Positions 38,736-53,029 of a stretch of DNA of 64,000 nucleotides are shown piece after piece (position 1 is the first letter of the stretch; every line of letters begins with the position of its first letter). The stretch is from assembly GCF_001194135.2 (NCBI RefSeq), contig NC_068983.1:153373161-153437160 (forward strand), given 5' to 3'. The DNA is from Octopus bimaculoides. Taxonomy: Eukaryota. A model generated the notes under the pieces. It was not told where the DNA came from and made no database searches. It was given only the letters and a program-made list of their open reading frames with translations. The position numbers and the translations under genes were made by a program.

Positions 38736-41180
38736 TGTGAGGAGAGTTACGGCGTCCCCTTGCGAGAAATATACTGGACACAGCGATTATAAATAATAGC
38801 GGTCGGAATGAAGCTTGTGTGTTAGTTCGAGTTGAATCTCAGTGAAGTCGGAAAGTGTCAGTTGGTTAGTCTGTTTGTAATATTGATTGTTATATCGTTA
38901 CTTTGTTATTGCGGTGGCATTGTTACCGTGTGTATTGTTACGACACGGATACAATGTATCAAAACCATCCGTCACAATATCGTGGCGGTACACGGAATTG
39001 CAGACAGAGGATACATCCTACGACGAGGATTTCGAAGCACAGGTAGGTTATTTAAGAATTGGTTCGTGATACAACTTCTTAAATGATGGAAGACCTATTG
39101 ACATCTATAATACAGTTGCAAAATCAACAGCGAAAACAGCTACAGGAGTTTCAGAGGCAACTAGTATGTCAACAACTACAATAACAATTATTAGAGCTAT
39201 ACGCAAAGAAATCCGGAAATGCAGTAAGTTCGTTTTCGCCAGATGGGGTATAAAACTCCATAACAGAATTTAGTCATAACCAAGAAGCATAACTTTTGCT
39301 GCTTACTACAGAAGGTACGAGGAGATTTTTAAGGAAGATTGCAAAACATGATCGGAAGAAGAAAATGTAAAGTTATTATTACATAAATTAGCTCCGTTTG
39401 AGCATGAATGATACTGTAATTTCATTTTACCCAAAACGTGTTTCGAAATTTGTTTTCAGGAAACAAATAAATTACTGTCTAACATCATCGGTGATAAAAC
39501 TTCTCTAATTAACACTTGAATGGGGTGTTAGAATTTAACTGGAAAAGAAGATGATGACATTATTATGCATGCAGAAACAGTCAACAAAACGAGTGAAAGT
39601 TGTAAACTTAAAGAACTTACTCCTGATATGTTTATGTGCCTCAGCAAATGAAGACACAAACATGCGGACCTGAATTCTTTCAAAACTTGAGCAAGCGAAC
39701 AAAGATTTAACCCTGCAGGCTGTTACAGAAGAGTGTCAAGGGGTGATAAACATGAAACTCGACGTAAAAATAATTTCAAGGAAAGGATTTCGCAAACTAC
39801 AGCTGTGTCTACCGAGAAAGTATAAACAAAGAAGATTGCTTCGTCCTAATCCATTTTACGGATGTAGAGGCTTACACTTCTGAAAAGATTGTCCTTTGAA
39901 AAAATAAAAATGTTACAGTTGTCAAAACTTTGAACACAAGAGTTCTCACTACGCAACAAAAGTATGAGAGTCAAATGTAAAAAAACTGAAGTGCTCTCTG
40001 CAGAAAATAAAATCGACTACCAAATATAACTTCTAACTGGATACTGGTAGTGGCATTTCAATTATTAACACCGACACGTGGAAGAAATTTGGGAAACCTA
40101 TGTTTCAAAAAACAACGGAAACTGCAATTGACGTTACGGGTGGCAAACTACACTTTGTAGGCGAAATGTGGAATTATGTCACATTTCGAGGAAAACTTTT
40201 ACAACCAAAACATTCGAGGCGAAATTTTGGTCATAAAGAACGCAACCAATCTTTTTGTTACCGACCGGTTGGAGTTATTTGATTTATGGGATCTCCCAGT
40301 AAGCCAGTCGTATAACAAATTAAATCGTTGCCCCACCAGTGAAAAGAACTCAACAAGTGAATTGAAAAAATTAATTAAAAAAATATTGAGGGTACACAGA
40401 GTAACGCCCAATCTCAATGCCAGTTCAGGAAAGTCTTCGACAGAGTTAATGTTCGTGCGAAAAATAAAATCTATCTTCGATGAATTATTGCTAAGAAAAA
40501 TATAGTTAAAGGAAATATAGAAAAGGCAACAACCCATTTCGAAGTGGGAGATAAAGTTCATTTTAAAATTTAGAAAAATGTTTAAGAAGGCTGGGAGGAT
40601 AGTTTTGTAACTAAAAGTTTAGGAAACATTATATATGCAATTAAAGGACAACGTTGGGAACACAAGAGACACCGAAACTAATTAAAGACAAGACATACTG
40701 AAAAATGAAAGGAAATACCAATGGAAGTCTGATATGTTTGAGGCGTTAGCACTGAACGAGATTGAACCTCGTAGAAGCAGCAGTAGAAAATGAAACAGAC
40801 TGTATACGTAAAAATAATGCCAATACAAAACATATATTAAATTGAAAAAAAAATAGAGAGGGAGAGGTGCTGGTAAAAGAAAAAGAAATTAAATTTGAAA
40901 AAGGGTGATGTGATGAGAGTCACGACGCCCCCTTGCGAGAAAGTGACTGGACCGAGCGATTATATAGTAGCGGTCGGAGTAAAGTTTGTGTGTTAGTTCG
41001 AGTTGAGTCTGCAGTGAAGTCGGAGGGTATCTGTTGGTTAGTTGGTTTAGAATATTGATTGTTGGTTCGTGAAGGGATTTTTGGATCGTTACGTTGCTAA
41101 TACGGCTGCCTCGTTATCTTGTTTATTGTTACAAAACTGGTACGGTGTATCGGAACTATCCCAAGACGGAGATTACAACA
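38736..41180 (+). mobile_element. Internally deleted Ty3/Gypsy (Mag-like) LTR retrotransposon with both LTRs
   Basis: LTRs at about 38736-38979 and 40909-41180 share cccttgcgagaaa...agcggtcgga...tgtgtgttagttcgagttga. TGGCG follows the 5' LTR and a purine tract precedes the 3' LTR. Protease (L)DTGSGISIINTDTWKKFGKP is followed by integrase C-terminus RVTPN...GKSSTELMFVRKIKSIFD. No RT or RNase H seen. Confidence 0.85.
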
Positions 41181-41436
41181 ATACATATAAGTGTGTGTGT
41201 GTGTGTCAATGTGTCCATTTATATATTCAAACAAATTTAAATTATGCAGAAGGATTGCGCAATATTTAATGTTCTTTGAAATTGTACAAGGCAAGGTTTG
41301 ACAGTGGCTTTAAAGCTTCTGTTTGCTCCCGTGTATATATTCAAGAGCATACACGCACAAATATAAATATATACACCTATATATATATATATACGTAACT
41401 CTATGTATAATTACCTATTATACTTATATCTATGCA

Positions 41437-42292
41437 TAAGAGGTGGTATCAACACGTTCCAAGACTAGTTCTGAAGCGTGCTAACGGTTGCGTACGCAGT
41501 GAGTGCTAGCAGTGACCATCATGAAGTAGTGTGCCTAGTGACATCACTGAGCTTACTTCGCAAGTTCTGAAATTTGTGTTTTGTGATCATGTGTATGCTG
41601 TAGTCTTCGTTTTGTGATGGACAGTAAGTTGGATCAAAGAGCCAAAGCGAAATTTTGCGTTAAACTTGGGAAGTCTACTACCGAGACATTCAGCATACTT
41701 CGGCAAGCTTACTGTGACGAGGCAATGGGTCGTACGCAATATTTCAAGTGAAACATTTGCTTCAAAAGTAAAAGAACGTCCCTGGAAGACGATGAGCGAT
41801 ATAGAAGACCTGCTACGAGTATCACCTCCGGAAATATGGTAGTGTGCATCAGAGAATTCGACCATCACACTCAGACCGTCAATTGAGATTTCTACTGTGA
41901 CGTTTTGAACTGTATGACGAAAGACATTTGGTGAAAGTGACCGGATCTGTGCAGCGCGAAATTGGATTCTCCACCAGCCAAAACAACATAGTATCGCCTC
42001 CGCATTCGCCCTATCAACCAGATTTAGCATCTTCGGACTTCCGACTCTTCTCCAAGATGAATGTGCAGCTCAAATGTCACCGTTTTAACACTATTGTTGA
42101 GATCCAGGTTGGATCGCAGAAGGTCCTCGACTCGCTTACAGAAAACGACTTCCAGGTTAGTTTCCAAAAGTGACAGGAACGCCGAAACCGGTGTATTGCT
42201 GCAAAAGGGGATGATGTTAAAACTTAGGAGTTAAATAAGTTATGTTTTATTAAAGATAGCTAGTCCTGGAAAAGCTTTGATACCAATTCGTA
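41437..42292 (+). mobile_element. Internally deleted mariner transposon
   Basis: TIRs at about 41437-41470 and 42259-42292. N-terminal QRAKAKFCVKLGKSTTETFSILRQAY...SLEDDER and C-terminal PHSPYQPDLASSDFRLFSKM (YSPDL motif). Confidence 0.85.
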
Positions 42293-45200
42293 TATGTATA
42301 CATATGTGTATGTAGAATAAATGTGTAAATGAAGAAAATTCAAACTTATTGTCGGTTCTTTATTCACTTGGTTGTATGATTTTATCTATACCTAACACTC
42401 TACAACCATATAAGTATCAAATTCGAAGCAATTTTGTCAGTTCAGCTCTTTATATTCTCCTTGATAAAAATGTGCAATGGCAGCTTCTTAATTCACTCTT
42501 AAACACAATCTTGACAATCTTGCAGTATTTTAATAGCAGAGTCTGATGTAAAGTTCAGAACGAATCATTTACTCGTCGTAAGAAACGGTAAACATCGTTA
42601 AAAGTTGTTGTCTTCCTCCAGACAAAATCATTGTTCTTCATCGAATCAAGTTTGAAAATCACAATATAGGATTTTAGAAGTTTTCCGATAATTACCAGCT
42701 TGTGTGTTTGATGAGTGATTTTAAGAGTCCACGACTGCAAACTGTTATTTGGTCAGATTTCTTCCATAATAACTCTGCCAGAAACACGCAACTTTTGAAA
42801 TAGCTATGATCGATAGAATCCAAACTATTTTGTCAACAAGTTTTTGATCGAAGATCAATCTCTTTTCCTTGGAGTTTCTAAAAGTCCATATATACTTCAG
42901 TTGCACATGCCTCGTAAATCTTTCCAGAACTTTGTGTTAAAGATATTTCGGAAAACTGAAATGGAACTAGGGAGAGCAACTAATGATTTCCAACTGAACA
43001 GTCTTATTCTTGTCACACAATTTCGTCTGATGGATAGCTTGTATTCTATTGTAATCTGATTTACTTTATTTCTTATTTTCGTTTTTTTTTTCTTCTTTCA
43101 ATTGTAATGGAATCACTACGAATGTGGAAATTTCAATAGAATTTTATGTACAACGTTATATATGTGCACACACACAGACACATATACATATACATGTAAA
43201 TGTATACACACACACGTATATATAAACACTCATGTTTGCTTATATATGTGTGTTTGTGTATGTCAGTCTATGTATTAGTACGCTTTTAGTTTTCTGTTGA
43301 CTTTCGATACTTAACTAAAATTTCTGGTTTTGCTTCTCTGTAGACAACTTTGAATCACTATCATTTAAATTCTGCGATGGCTTTGCAGTCACGTAATTAG
43401 ACATGAGCTAGTTGATAACGTGTATTAATCGAGTGGTTCCGATAGTGGATATTTCTGTCGTGTTTCTTTATATGTTTTTGCATTTTGCTGTTCGCGGATA
43501 TTTATTGCATCTATCTACTTGCCCTTACTTGTCGGCATCATTTCAGTGTTGGAATAGATTTTTATTATAAGATACATGATTTAAAAATTTATTACATGAT
43601 ATAGTATTTCAAATCCAAATGAGAAGCATTTCAGTATATAGCGAATAGGTTATATCGATCCGCCGGATCACTAGAAAGGATTGTAGAAAATATGAATGAT
43701 TTAAATAACATGATTTCTGATCTATGTTAAATCTATACCATAGAAATTTCAGAATTACTTTAAGATTGTTTTCTTGATATATTTCACAAATAGCTAATGA
43801 GAACTTGAATAATTAGAAACGGAAGAAATGATGACGACATGATGGCGTATGCTTAGATTATTTGCAAAATTAATATATATATAATATACTCTTAGATTAC
43901 CGTATAATACATTTCCTCATTTCTGCAAGCTTTAATTTAACATATCTTACTGTCATTTTCCGGTGTCATACCGTTACATGAAATATTGACGACTCATAGC
44001 TTCCATAAATATTGCAATATTGTGTAGTTTTGTAACTTTTACTGCAGTATAGACTACGATTACAATTGATTTGTGAAGAATAAATCTCAATAACACTTAC
44101 TGGTAATATTTTAAATTAAATTCTCTGTTAACACAGTAAGAATTCACTCTATAATGAAGCAAAAATGAATTCAAGAGTAGTTAATTGAAGTGAAATTACA
44201 AGTAATCAAACTTCAGTTAGAGGAGACTACCAGCAATAAAACATAGACAAGAAGTGCAATTTAAATCAGTGCTGCGTGACATAGTTTCGTGTAAACTAAT
44301 GTGAAGAGTAATATATAAAGTGTACCCCCGGAAGAAGAAAGTAGGAAAATGTAGTAGTGTATATTCTAACTTAATGGAATATCTAGAAGTGGAGTTCAAT
44401 GCTGCGTGGAACTGAATATAATCGACTGTGAGATAATTCAAACACTACTTCACGAAGACAAATTCAATGTGCAGCTGCACAGGTTTACTTAATAACATTT
44501 AGAAACGTTTTAGTTTGCATAAATAACTTAATGTATTGTTATGTAATAGACTGTAATATAGGCTACGTGTATACTCGTTTACTAATCTCAGCAAGTTATA
44601 TATTACCATCAAAGGACACTAACAGTGTTATTTCAAATTCTCGTTGTATTTAGTACACTTCAAATGAATGCAAATTTTTTGACCTCAGTCCCCCACTCAA
44701 TTCAATTAATTTTAAATGCAAATATGAGAATAATTATAATTAACTACAATTAAAATTCAGAAAATAAGTTTATTCTTTTCGAAGGACCGGAAAAAGGTTA
44801 ATCTGTTTTCCCGACACATTTGAGATAAGGTTCAGTTTCTGGCTTAAGACATAATACAGCAGGTTTTTCATTTCAGTGTATGATTGCGATCACAGTGAGC
44901 CACTTCATACGTATTTGATAGGTTTGAAAGTTCAAATCGGTTTCCTACATTCTATGAAAATAGAGGCAAATTTAAACATTGAAAACGAAATAAAGATATT
45001 TTGTATGAATGTTAGGTGTCAGCGCATGTATTCTTTCCGTCTCTATTTATCTGATTCTTTTTCTTTCACCTTATTTCTTTTTCTCTCTCATTCTCTCTCA
45101 CTCTCCCTCTTTCTCCTTTTCTCATCGAATATACACTAGAATTAAGAAGAAAGAATGAGGTGAATGTGACAGGTATTAGAGAAATATATATTTGAAGCAG

Positions 45201-45959
45201 TGTGAGATGGAATTAAAATCAGGGAAAAAGTCACAACACAGCAGTGGAAATATTAACAAAAGAAGGAATGTTATACTACGTAATTTATTCTGATATTTAC
45301 GCAATTAATATAAATTGATACTAGAAGTAAATAATTACTGAATATTGATTATAAAACAATTCGAAATGAACGCTAGAATATTTATAAGTTAGACATATAA
45401 TAAGTAATCAAAAGGATTTGAAACGGTAACGCTTATATCGTGGTGAAGGGTTAACAACGTATACGCGTAAGAGTAATGTTATTCATTTATTTAAAGTAAA
45501 CCCGAAAGAACTCTAAAACTTTAGCTTAGAAGAAATACGTAGAAATATTACAACAAAACAGAAAGAAACAAAAACAAAAGAAAATAACAATCATAGTACT
45601 ATTTTCGTTGTACAATAGAAAGACTAGCAGTCTATATCCATGCATTTACAATTAATAACATTTTCAAACCTTCCGTATTGTTCTGGCTCGAATTGGTTCC
45701 TGGTTACAGGATTTAAATTCACACCGAAGTCCTTCTAGAGACTATAAAGATTATGGTCTAGTACAGAGAGACAACAAGGTAACGCCGTTAGTAGGAGAGG
45801 CTGGGAAGTTGAAAGGGGAGAGAAAGTGTATGTCGGAATGAAACGGGGGACGCTGAGCTAAGAGAAGTTAAGAGAAGTTTGTATAAGTTAAGGCACTAGT
45901 GAACATGACAACAGGAATGGACAGGTAGATGAAAGGGACAATTGAGAAATTAGCAATTA

Positions 45960-46620
45960 GCAATTGACAAACGAAAAACGAAAAATAAGAAGGGAAGAAA
46001 TCAGTTCATCATCCGTAAAGATTGCGTATCCTGGCAGCATCGTCTCAGAGTCGAGTAGAATAGAAGACATGAGGTCCATGAAAGGCAAGGCCTCGAATGC
46101 TTTCAGCAATTTTCCACCGGTCTGGAACTCCAAAGCCATAACTCTCGAAATAAAATTTCTCGTTTTCTTTTCCAATGCCAAAGCCGTTATTCTTCACGGC
46201 CCAGAAACTGGGAGAGTCACCAAAGCCATAAAGAGTAAGCTTCAGACCATCGTCAACAAATGTCTGCGCTACATCCTCGAGATTTGGTGACCAAACAAAA
46301 TTTCAAACTGAATTTTGTTGGATAGAACCAAACAAGATCCCGTCAATCAAGAATTTCTGAAAAGGAAATGGTGCTCGATGTATCACTCTCAAATGTTGCC
46401 ACAGAATAACATTGCAAGACAAATGTAAGACTGGCGCCCTGAAGGAAACTGGAAAATTAGATGGCTTAAAGAGATCTGGTAAAGATGCGCGGAGAACAAA
46501 GTGAAGCCGATCGGTCTCTTTTGGTCTGAAATCAGGGAGTGTTAACTAAATATCGTATCCACTGGCACGAAATGATCTCGGCTCTGCACTCCTTATGGAT
46601 TAATGTGGACTAACTAATTT
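45960..46620 (+). mobile_element. RTE-clade LINE 3' fragment
   Basis: AYPGSIVS...KASNAF...VWNSKAI...ILHGPETGRVTK...KLQTIVNKCLRYILEIW*PNKISN...RTKQDP...KRKW...NIARQ...W.PEG. Confidence 0.8.
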
Positions 46621-47183
46621 AACAAATAACATTTAGAAGTAAAGATATGGAATGTTTCTTCGAACCAAATGTCGCATTTAAGTTTATCGCTAGCATATGG
46701 TAGACTTTACTTATGATGGACCATTTCTATCTTTTAAGCTCCAAATATATTTACGTAAGGAACTACAGTTTCACTTTTTCTGAATTTAAGTGATGAGAGA
46801 TGATTATATCATCGCATTTTTTAAGCTTATTCCACAACAACCTATGTAACAGGACGTATATTCATAAACTGTCACATTACATTTGCTGATTTTTTTTTTT
46901 TTTTCACCAGTATTGATTCTCGAGAGATTATTGGAGGCTGAATTTATCATAGCATAGAATATTTGTATCACCAATATAAGAAATGTTATTAGTAATATTC
47001 TTATTTATTGTATTTTAAGATCAAAGTGTTATGACAGGAATAATATACAAGATGCACTATCAAATTCACAGCTCAAGCCATTTGTTTCAGAGGAGAACAA
47101 GTATAGGTTTTTCTTCTCGGTACCTTCTATTAATTCGCTGTTATAAATATTAATACCAAAGTCGTTACTACCATTCCTGTTAA

Positions 47184-47330
47184 CATCATCATCATCATCA
47201 TCATCATCACCATCACCATCATCATCATCGTCGTCGTCGTCGTCGTCGTCGTCATCATCATCATCATCATCATCATCATCGTCATCATCATAATCATCAT
47301 CATCATCATCATCATCAGCCTCAGCTTCAG

Positions 47331-47395
<65 letters not shown>
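47184..47395. repeat. Compound (CAT)n(CGT)n(CAT)n(TAT)n trinucleotide microsatellite
   Basis: Visible directly; the (TAT)n part is the tail of the adjacent R4/Dong fragment. Confidence 0.95.
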
Positions 47396-47397
<2 letters not shown>

Positions 47398-47595
47398 CAG
47401 TAGTTTTATTTTTATAGCGTGCTTTCACTTCACTACGAAGCGCAGATCTGTGTAACTTGGATATATGCTGTGGTTTTGCTGTGATATTTTAATGGTTATT
47501 GTATTGAAAGTGTTTTGCGTAGGATGTTTGTAGTGCCCAGTAGTGCAATTTTCTGTATGTTATATATATTTGTAAGTCCTTGTGTTTTTGTTATG
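47332..47595 (-). mobile_element. 5'-truncated R4/Dong-like LINE with (AAT)n tail
   Basis: QGLTNIYNIQKIALLGTTNILRKTLSIQ* (stop at 47496-47498). The 3' UTR is similar to 3345-3410 and ends in (AAT)n. Confidence 0.85.
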
Positions 47596-47747
47596 TATAA
47601 CAAATAGACAAATGAATCTTCGAACCCTTTGGGTCTGCAGAGGTCAAATGTGTTTACTACTACCAGTGACTACTGAGAACTCTGCCTTCAAAAGAAGCAA
47701 TTCAACCTGATCTATTTGTAATTACTGGTAGAAAAAACAATAATATA

Positions 47748-47900
47748 TATATATATAAAATTGAGAATGTATGTGTGTGTCCGTGTGTGTCTGTGTGAAT
47801 CCCTAAAACTCCAGAACTACACAACCAATTTCATTCAAATTTTACACATGCCTTACTTGTGGTCTCGGTTGTGTTTTAGTCAAAACATTTTTTTAACTTC
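47748..47900 (+). mobile_element. Possible non-autonomous Helitron/Helentron-like 5' end
   Basis: tatatatataaaattgagaatgt...(gtgt)...aaaactcc.gaactac.caaccaatttcattcaaatttt resembles HINE/DINE-like architecture; recognised by pattern only. Confidence 0.4.
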
Positions 47901-48912
47901 TTGCATTAGAAATGCATGAATTTAATAACAATGTTCTTGATATTCCGGTTCGAATGACATGAGTGTTTTTGTTTCACTTTTGACACGTAATACTTAAATA
48001 GAGATATGATGTTGCTGTGACAAAAAAAAAATCTTAAAATACAATGTAATTGTACCAAAAATTTCCATTACTAGCAGAAACTGAAATAATTTTTTTTCGG
48101 ATAGCAACTTGTAAATTATTTTTCCAGGATAAATTTACAAGGTACATAGTATTCTAACCTCTTAAAGCAACGCTTTAGAAATTATTAGTTTACCGAATTG
48201 AATCTTCCGATGCAGATAACAGTGACACAAAACAATTATATAAGGCTAAATATACACTCGTTTCGCTCGCACAGTATTCGATGCATGGGTGAAATACGCC
48301 TCCTAAATTTGTTCAGAATTCTATTAAACCGTTAGTAATTATAAAGTAAAAGATCAGAATTGGTGACTTTCTCCATCTCTACTGACTAATATCCATTTGG
48401 CTAAAATAGATTATTAGCATAAGTTTTTGTCACGCACCATACAAATATAACAAAACATTCATGAATTTATTAACACTAAAATACTGACAATAAATGACTT
48501 TCTAGTGTATGTGCGTTTCAAATTTATGGTTCTGGAGTCACGAAAAGAATCCATGTTTATGCTCATGAAGTAGATGAAAATATCACTTGTTCTTTGAATT
48601 GTAATGGAATAGGTGGTAGTGTTCAAATGTTCCTTCTCCTTTTTTTTCAGAAATCCAATCAAATCTTCAGGTAGTGTTGGATAATAGTATTTCTATTTGT
48701 TTGGAAATGTTTTTGATTACATATATTGAGATTGGTTCTGTTATTCAATCGTTCAAATACCCGCTACAGTGACTCTCAGAGGTCGATTGAACATCTATAA
48801 ATAACACACACTTACAACACATGCCAGAGTCTATTTGTGTGTCAGTGTCTCTTTGCCAAGTTCTGAAAAATACGTAAGAATATATATTTACATACACATA
48901 CATACATACATA

Positions 48913-48946
<34 letters not shown>

Positions 48947-48962
48947 CTCTCTCTCTCTATCT

Positions 48963-49001
<39 letters not shown>

Positions 49002-49015
49002 GCATATATATGTAT

Positions 49016-49056
<41 letters not shown>

Positions 49057-52000
49057 GCATTGTATGTGTGTATGTATTTATACATATAAACCTGCACACA
49101 CGCTTATATATATACATACACACAGATAAATGCAGAAACTTGGAGAGAGAGACTTAGTAACGCGTGTTATGTTTATATAAACATATGCTTCATTGTTTGA
49201 AATATCATGTTACCTTTTTTGTAGCAACAATAATTCTGTTTCTTTGAATTATATTACTTTTCACCCTGTTAACAATGATATAATTGCGTCTACAATGTTA
49301 CATTTACGTGTATACATCTATTTTCATGTTTTCTTAGAATGCTGGTGAAAAAAATATATTCGTGTAATTTATGTTTAACTATATGTATGAAAAAATAAAT
49401 AAGAGTATTCACAAAATATTTTAAGAAAGAGAACTACAAAAAAAGTTGAATATATTTTTTATTGCAGAGCTCAAATCTGTTTTCACTTTAGAGAGAAAAG
49501 TATGTACTAGTGCATGCTGAACGTCAGTGACATTTGTTGCTAATTTTTATGTTTGCGAATGATTTTATGCGGATGATATGTATATTTTTGAAACAATGTT
49601 ATTTTCTTTCTCATGTATTGTAGCTGCTCAAATTTATTGATAATTTTTGTTCAGTCTTTCATATAGTATTTTATATCTTTATTATATATACACCAATGTT
49701 TCTTATCCTACTCAAATACATATTCAAATTATCAGAGTTATCTCTCTCTTACCACACATAATTTAATCTTGGCACATATAACTTGGGATTATAGTTAACT
49801 TCAACAAATCACAGACTACGTTGTAATATATAAAAAATTTGTTTCATAATGCAAATGTAATTGCATATAGATATAATATACATATAAACATTATATATAT
49901 ATATATATNNNNNNNNNNNNNNNNNNNNNNNNNNNNNNNNNNNNNNNNNNNNNNNNNNNNNNNNNNNNNNNNNNNNNNNNNNNNNNNNNNNNNNNNNNNN
50001 NNNNNNNNNNNNNNNNNNNNNNNNNNNNNNNNNNNNNNNNNNNNNNNNNNNNNNNNNNNNNNNNNNNNNNNNNNNNNNNNNNNNNNNNNNNNNNNNNNNN
50101 NNNNNNNNNNNNNNNNNNNNNNNNNNNNNNNNNNNNNNNNNNNNNNNNNNNNNNNNNNNNNNNNNNNNNNNNNNNNNNNNNNNNNNNNNNNNNNNNNNNN
50201 NNNNNNNNNNNNNNNNNNNNNNNNNNNNNNNNNNNNNNNNNNNNNNNNNNNNNNNNNNNNNNNNNNNNNNNNNNNNNNNNNNNNNNNNNNNNNNNNNNNN
50301 NNNNNNNTATATGTATATGAATTTATTAACGTGTGGTTTGATATAAAAAAATCTAGATAGGCATTTACGGTAAGAACGTCCAATACTACCAGAAAAATTA
50401 TTAGTTATACATTTCAAAGAAAATGTTGATAGCTGCTGCAAAATCTCGACGACCGTAACTCTGTACCTATCGTAGCTTCACCCTTCATATGTGTGTATGT
50501 GCAAGCCCCCCCCCTCACACGCATACACAGACACACGCACGCACACACATACATTTATACGCATATACGTAAGCGTATATACCACATTGTCTACCAATAC
50601 ATCATGCATGTGTTTTGTACGTATGTGTACGTGTGTTTGTGTGTTTGTGTATATGTTCGTGCGTGCGATTTTCATGCATGAAATATCACGAACAGAAACC
50701 AAAAAGTGTATTTTCCACAAATTTAATTTTCGAACTGTTTGTGATGACCGAATGACACATACTCATTTGTCATTCTCCTCGTCATGAATTAGGTACGTCA
50801 ATTATTAAAACCCCTAGAAACTGCAAGAAACGTCCGTGCTACTCACCAATAATGTCATAAACGAAAAATAAAATGCAGATGATTTCCTGAGTGCATAAGG
50901 AAATTAAGTCACGGAATCACTGGGTAATGATCAAATGTTCAAGTAAAATATTTTACGAAGAGTAGTATAATATTTGTTGAAGTAAAACCTACGTCTCAAT
51001 TCACAAATGTTGAAGATGCAGACATGTAACCGAAGAGTAGTGGAAAGTTACGCTGAATCACCCAGTAGGTAATTATTGCGCTGCGAATACATTGAACTGC
51101 GGTTGTTTGTTTTTGTCCTTGTGTCAGTTTCTGAAAACTAGGTCAACATTCGTGGATCAGAAAAGAAAAGAGGGTTCTGGTTCTTACAATTCATGTATTG
51201 CGCCTCTTATGAAGGAGTGAATTGCCCAATCAAAATGAAGATTATGCAGTTTGATAAAGGTGGAAATATGCAGATACTTTATGACCATTTCTTGTAGGAT
51301 GAGTGATCAGGTAGCGATGATATTTAATGCATCGCATTGTTGCTCCATGCACTGTTATCCAATTTACAAAAAAATTGTTTATATCTTCTATATACTACAT
51401 ATTTATATATGAGCTCTTTGACATGTACACATATTACATATATATGGATGTCAGGGCCGAATAGTTTTAGGACCGAATACACATATAGGACGGAATATAT
51501 TTAAACATTCCCTCTTGAAGATAAATGAAGACCAGCAGGACAGGTTCGTTTTTGGTGCACTGATTGTTATAATCTATGGCTTAGCCGTTTTTATTTTTAT
51601 CTCTACGATCTTCTTTTCTATTAAAAATAGATGAATTTTTCCTTCTTTCGTTCCCATTCCTTTATTAATTCTAATAAAATGTGACTTATGGAGAATCCAT
51701 TTCAGAATGATATTAGATATATCTCCAACTTATTACACTGAAAAATTTCAAATAGCATGATGATATTTAACATCAAAAAGACATCAAATGCTTAACTGTT
51801 GATATTGTGTGGGGAAAAAGGGGGCAATTGGATTGTATGGTTCTACATTTTACATAAATTTACTGGAAGAGGAATATTCCTCGGTTTAAAAAAGAAAAAA
51901 TAACTCTAGAAACTTACGAAGCGGGTCCGAACCAACTATAATTACAGACATCAATCTCTACTATATTATAGCCAAATGAATCATAAATCAATGCTCCAAC

Positions 52001-52361
52001 TTTCAAAAGCGAAATTATTTAAAATTAATGAATCTAGCCTACTAAGATATAAAGACGAGAAATGATTTTATTTCTTTACCTAATATATTATACCTATTAT
52101 CGATTTATTTATTATGTTTAACTATATAGTTTAAACATATTTAAGATGATTCGTATAAAAGTTCATAACAGAAAAATGATTCCATTAGATTGCAGAATTC
52201 AAATAGTCAGACACTACGTCTAGTATGAATATGTTGTGCAAAATTGACTGCAAGTTTTATAATTGAGTATATTCTCAAACGATGGAAAATCTAAATCTGC
52301 TGAGTGAGGTTGACATTTCGATTGGAGATGGATTTATACAGCATACACAAACATACATATA

Positions 52362-52560
52362 TATAGTTGAAATGTGCGGAAAAACAAAAGACGGACACAG
52401 GTGTATGAACATCAAGCAGGTGTATTAGTTTGACGCTCGGGGAAGTGAGAAAGTCTTTTAGATTTCCAGTCTATACGCTCTTCAACAGAAAGGAATAAGA
52501 GAAAATAAAAAGAGACAGAAAAAAACTTGTGAGTTTAGCAATCAAGCATGGTGACTAGTT
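52362..52560 (-). mobile_element. Repeat family P3 (PLE-like 3' end, degenerate hammerhead-like motif)
   Basis: Aligns with 62893-63115: atagtt.aaat...aaaaacaaaagac...caggtgtat...gctcttcaacagaaaggaataagagaaaat...tcaagcatggtgact. Confidence 0.75.
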
Positions 52561-53029
52561 AGGAAAAAAACATCATCATCATCATTATTCATTGCCATAA
52601 TATTCTATTGTTACAGCAATAACAACTACTACTATCGCTCCTTGTTTTCTCACCACTGTCCACCTCAAATTGAATGTATACCTCACAGGTCCGTGATAAA
52701 TCTCCCAACTGTAAATAAAGTAACATAATACACACATGATACCCTATAATACGATACACACACGATACTCTTATAATATACCAGTTTTCTCAATGCAAGT
52801 GACTATACATATGCAGCAACTGCAATTTCACTCATTTACCTGGGACAAAACTAGCAATTTATACAAGCAACACCAGCCAACGCCAAAACACACATCTTAC
52901 ACCCTGCCACTGTACCCACCACCATCGTCCTTCACCACTTGTATGTAATTTTTCAAATTTCTACCTTCTGTACAATTTTGAAATCAATTTGTCTGTTCCA
53001 CTTTGTGTGTGTGTGTATTCTCTTTTATT

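Noticed and set aside
42520-43050. Higher-complexity stretch that may be a very old LINE or an exon
   Set aside because: Only a faint YMDF-like motif on the minus strand; not enough to call.
45600-45950. Possible minus-strand CR1 3' remnant (LPSLSY*RR...)
   Set aside because: Single weak motif; left uncalled.
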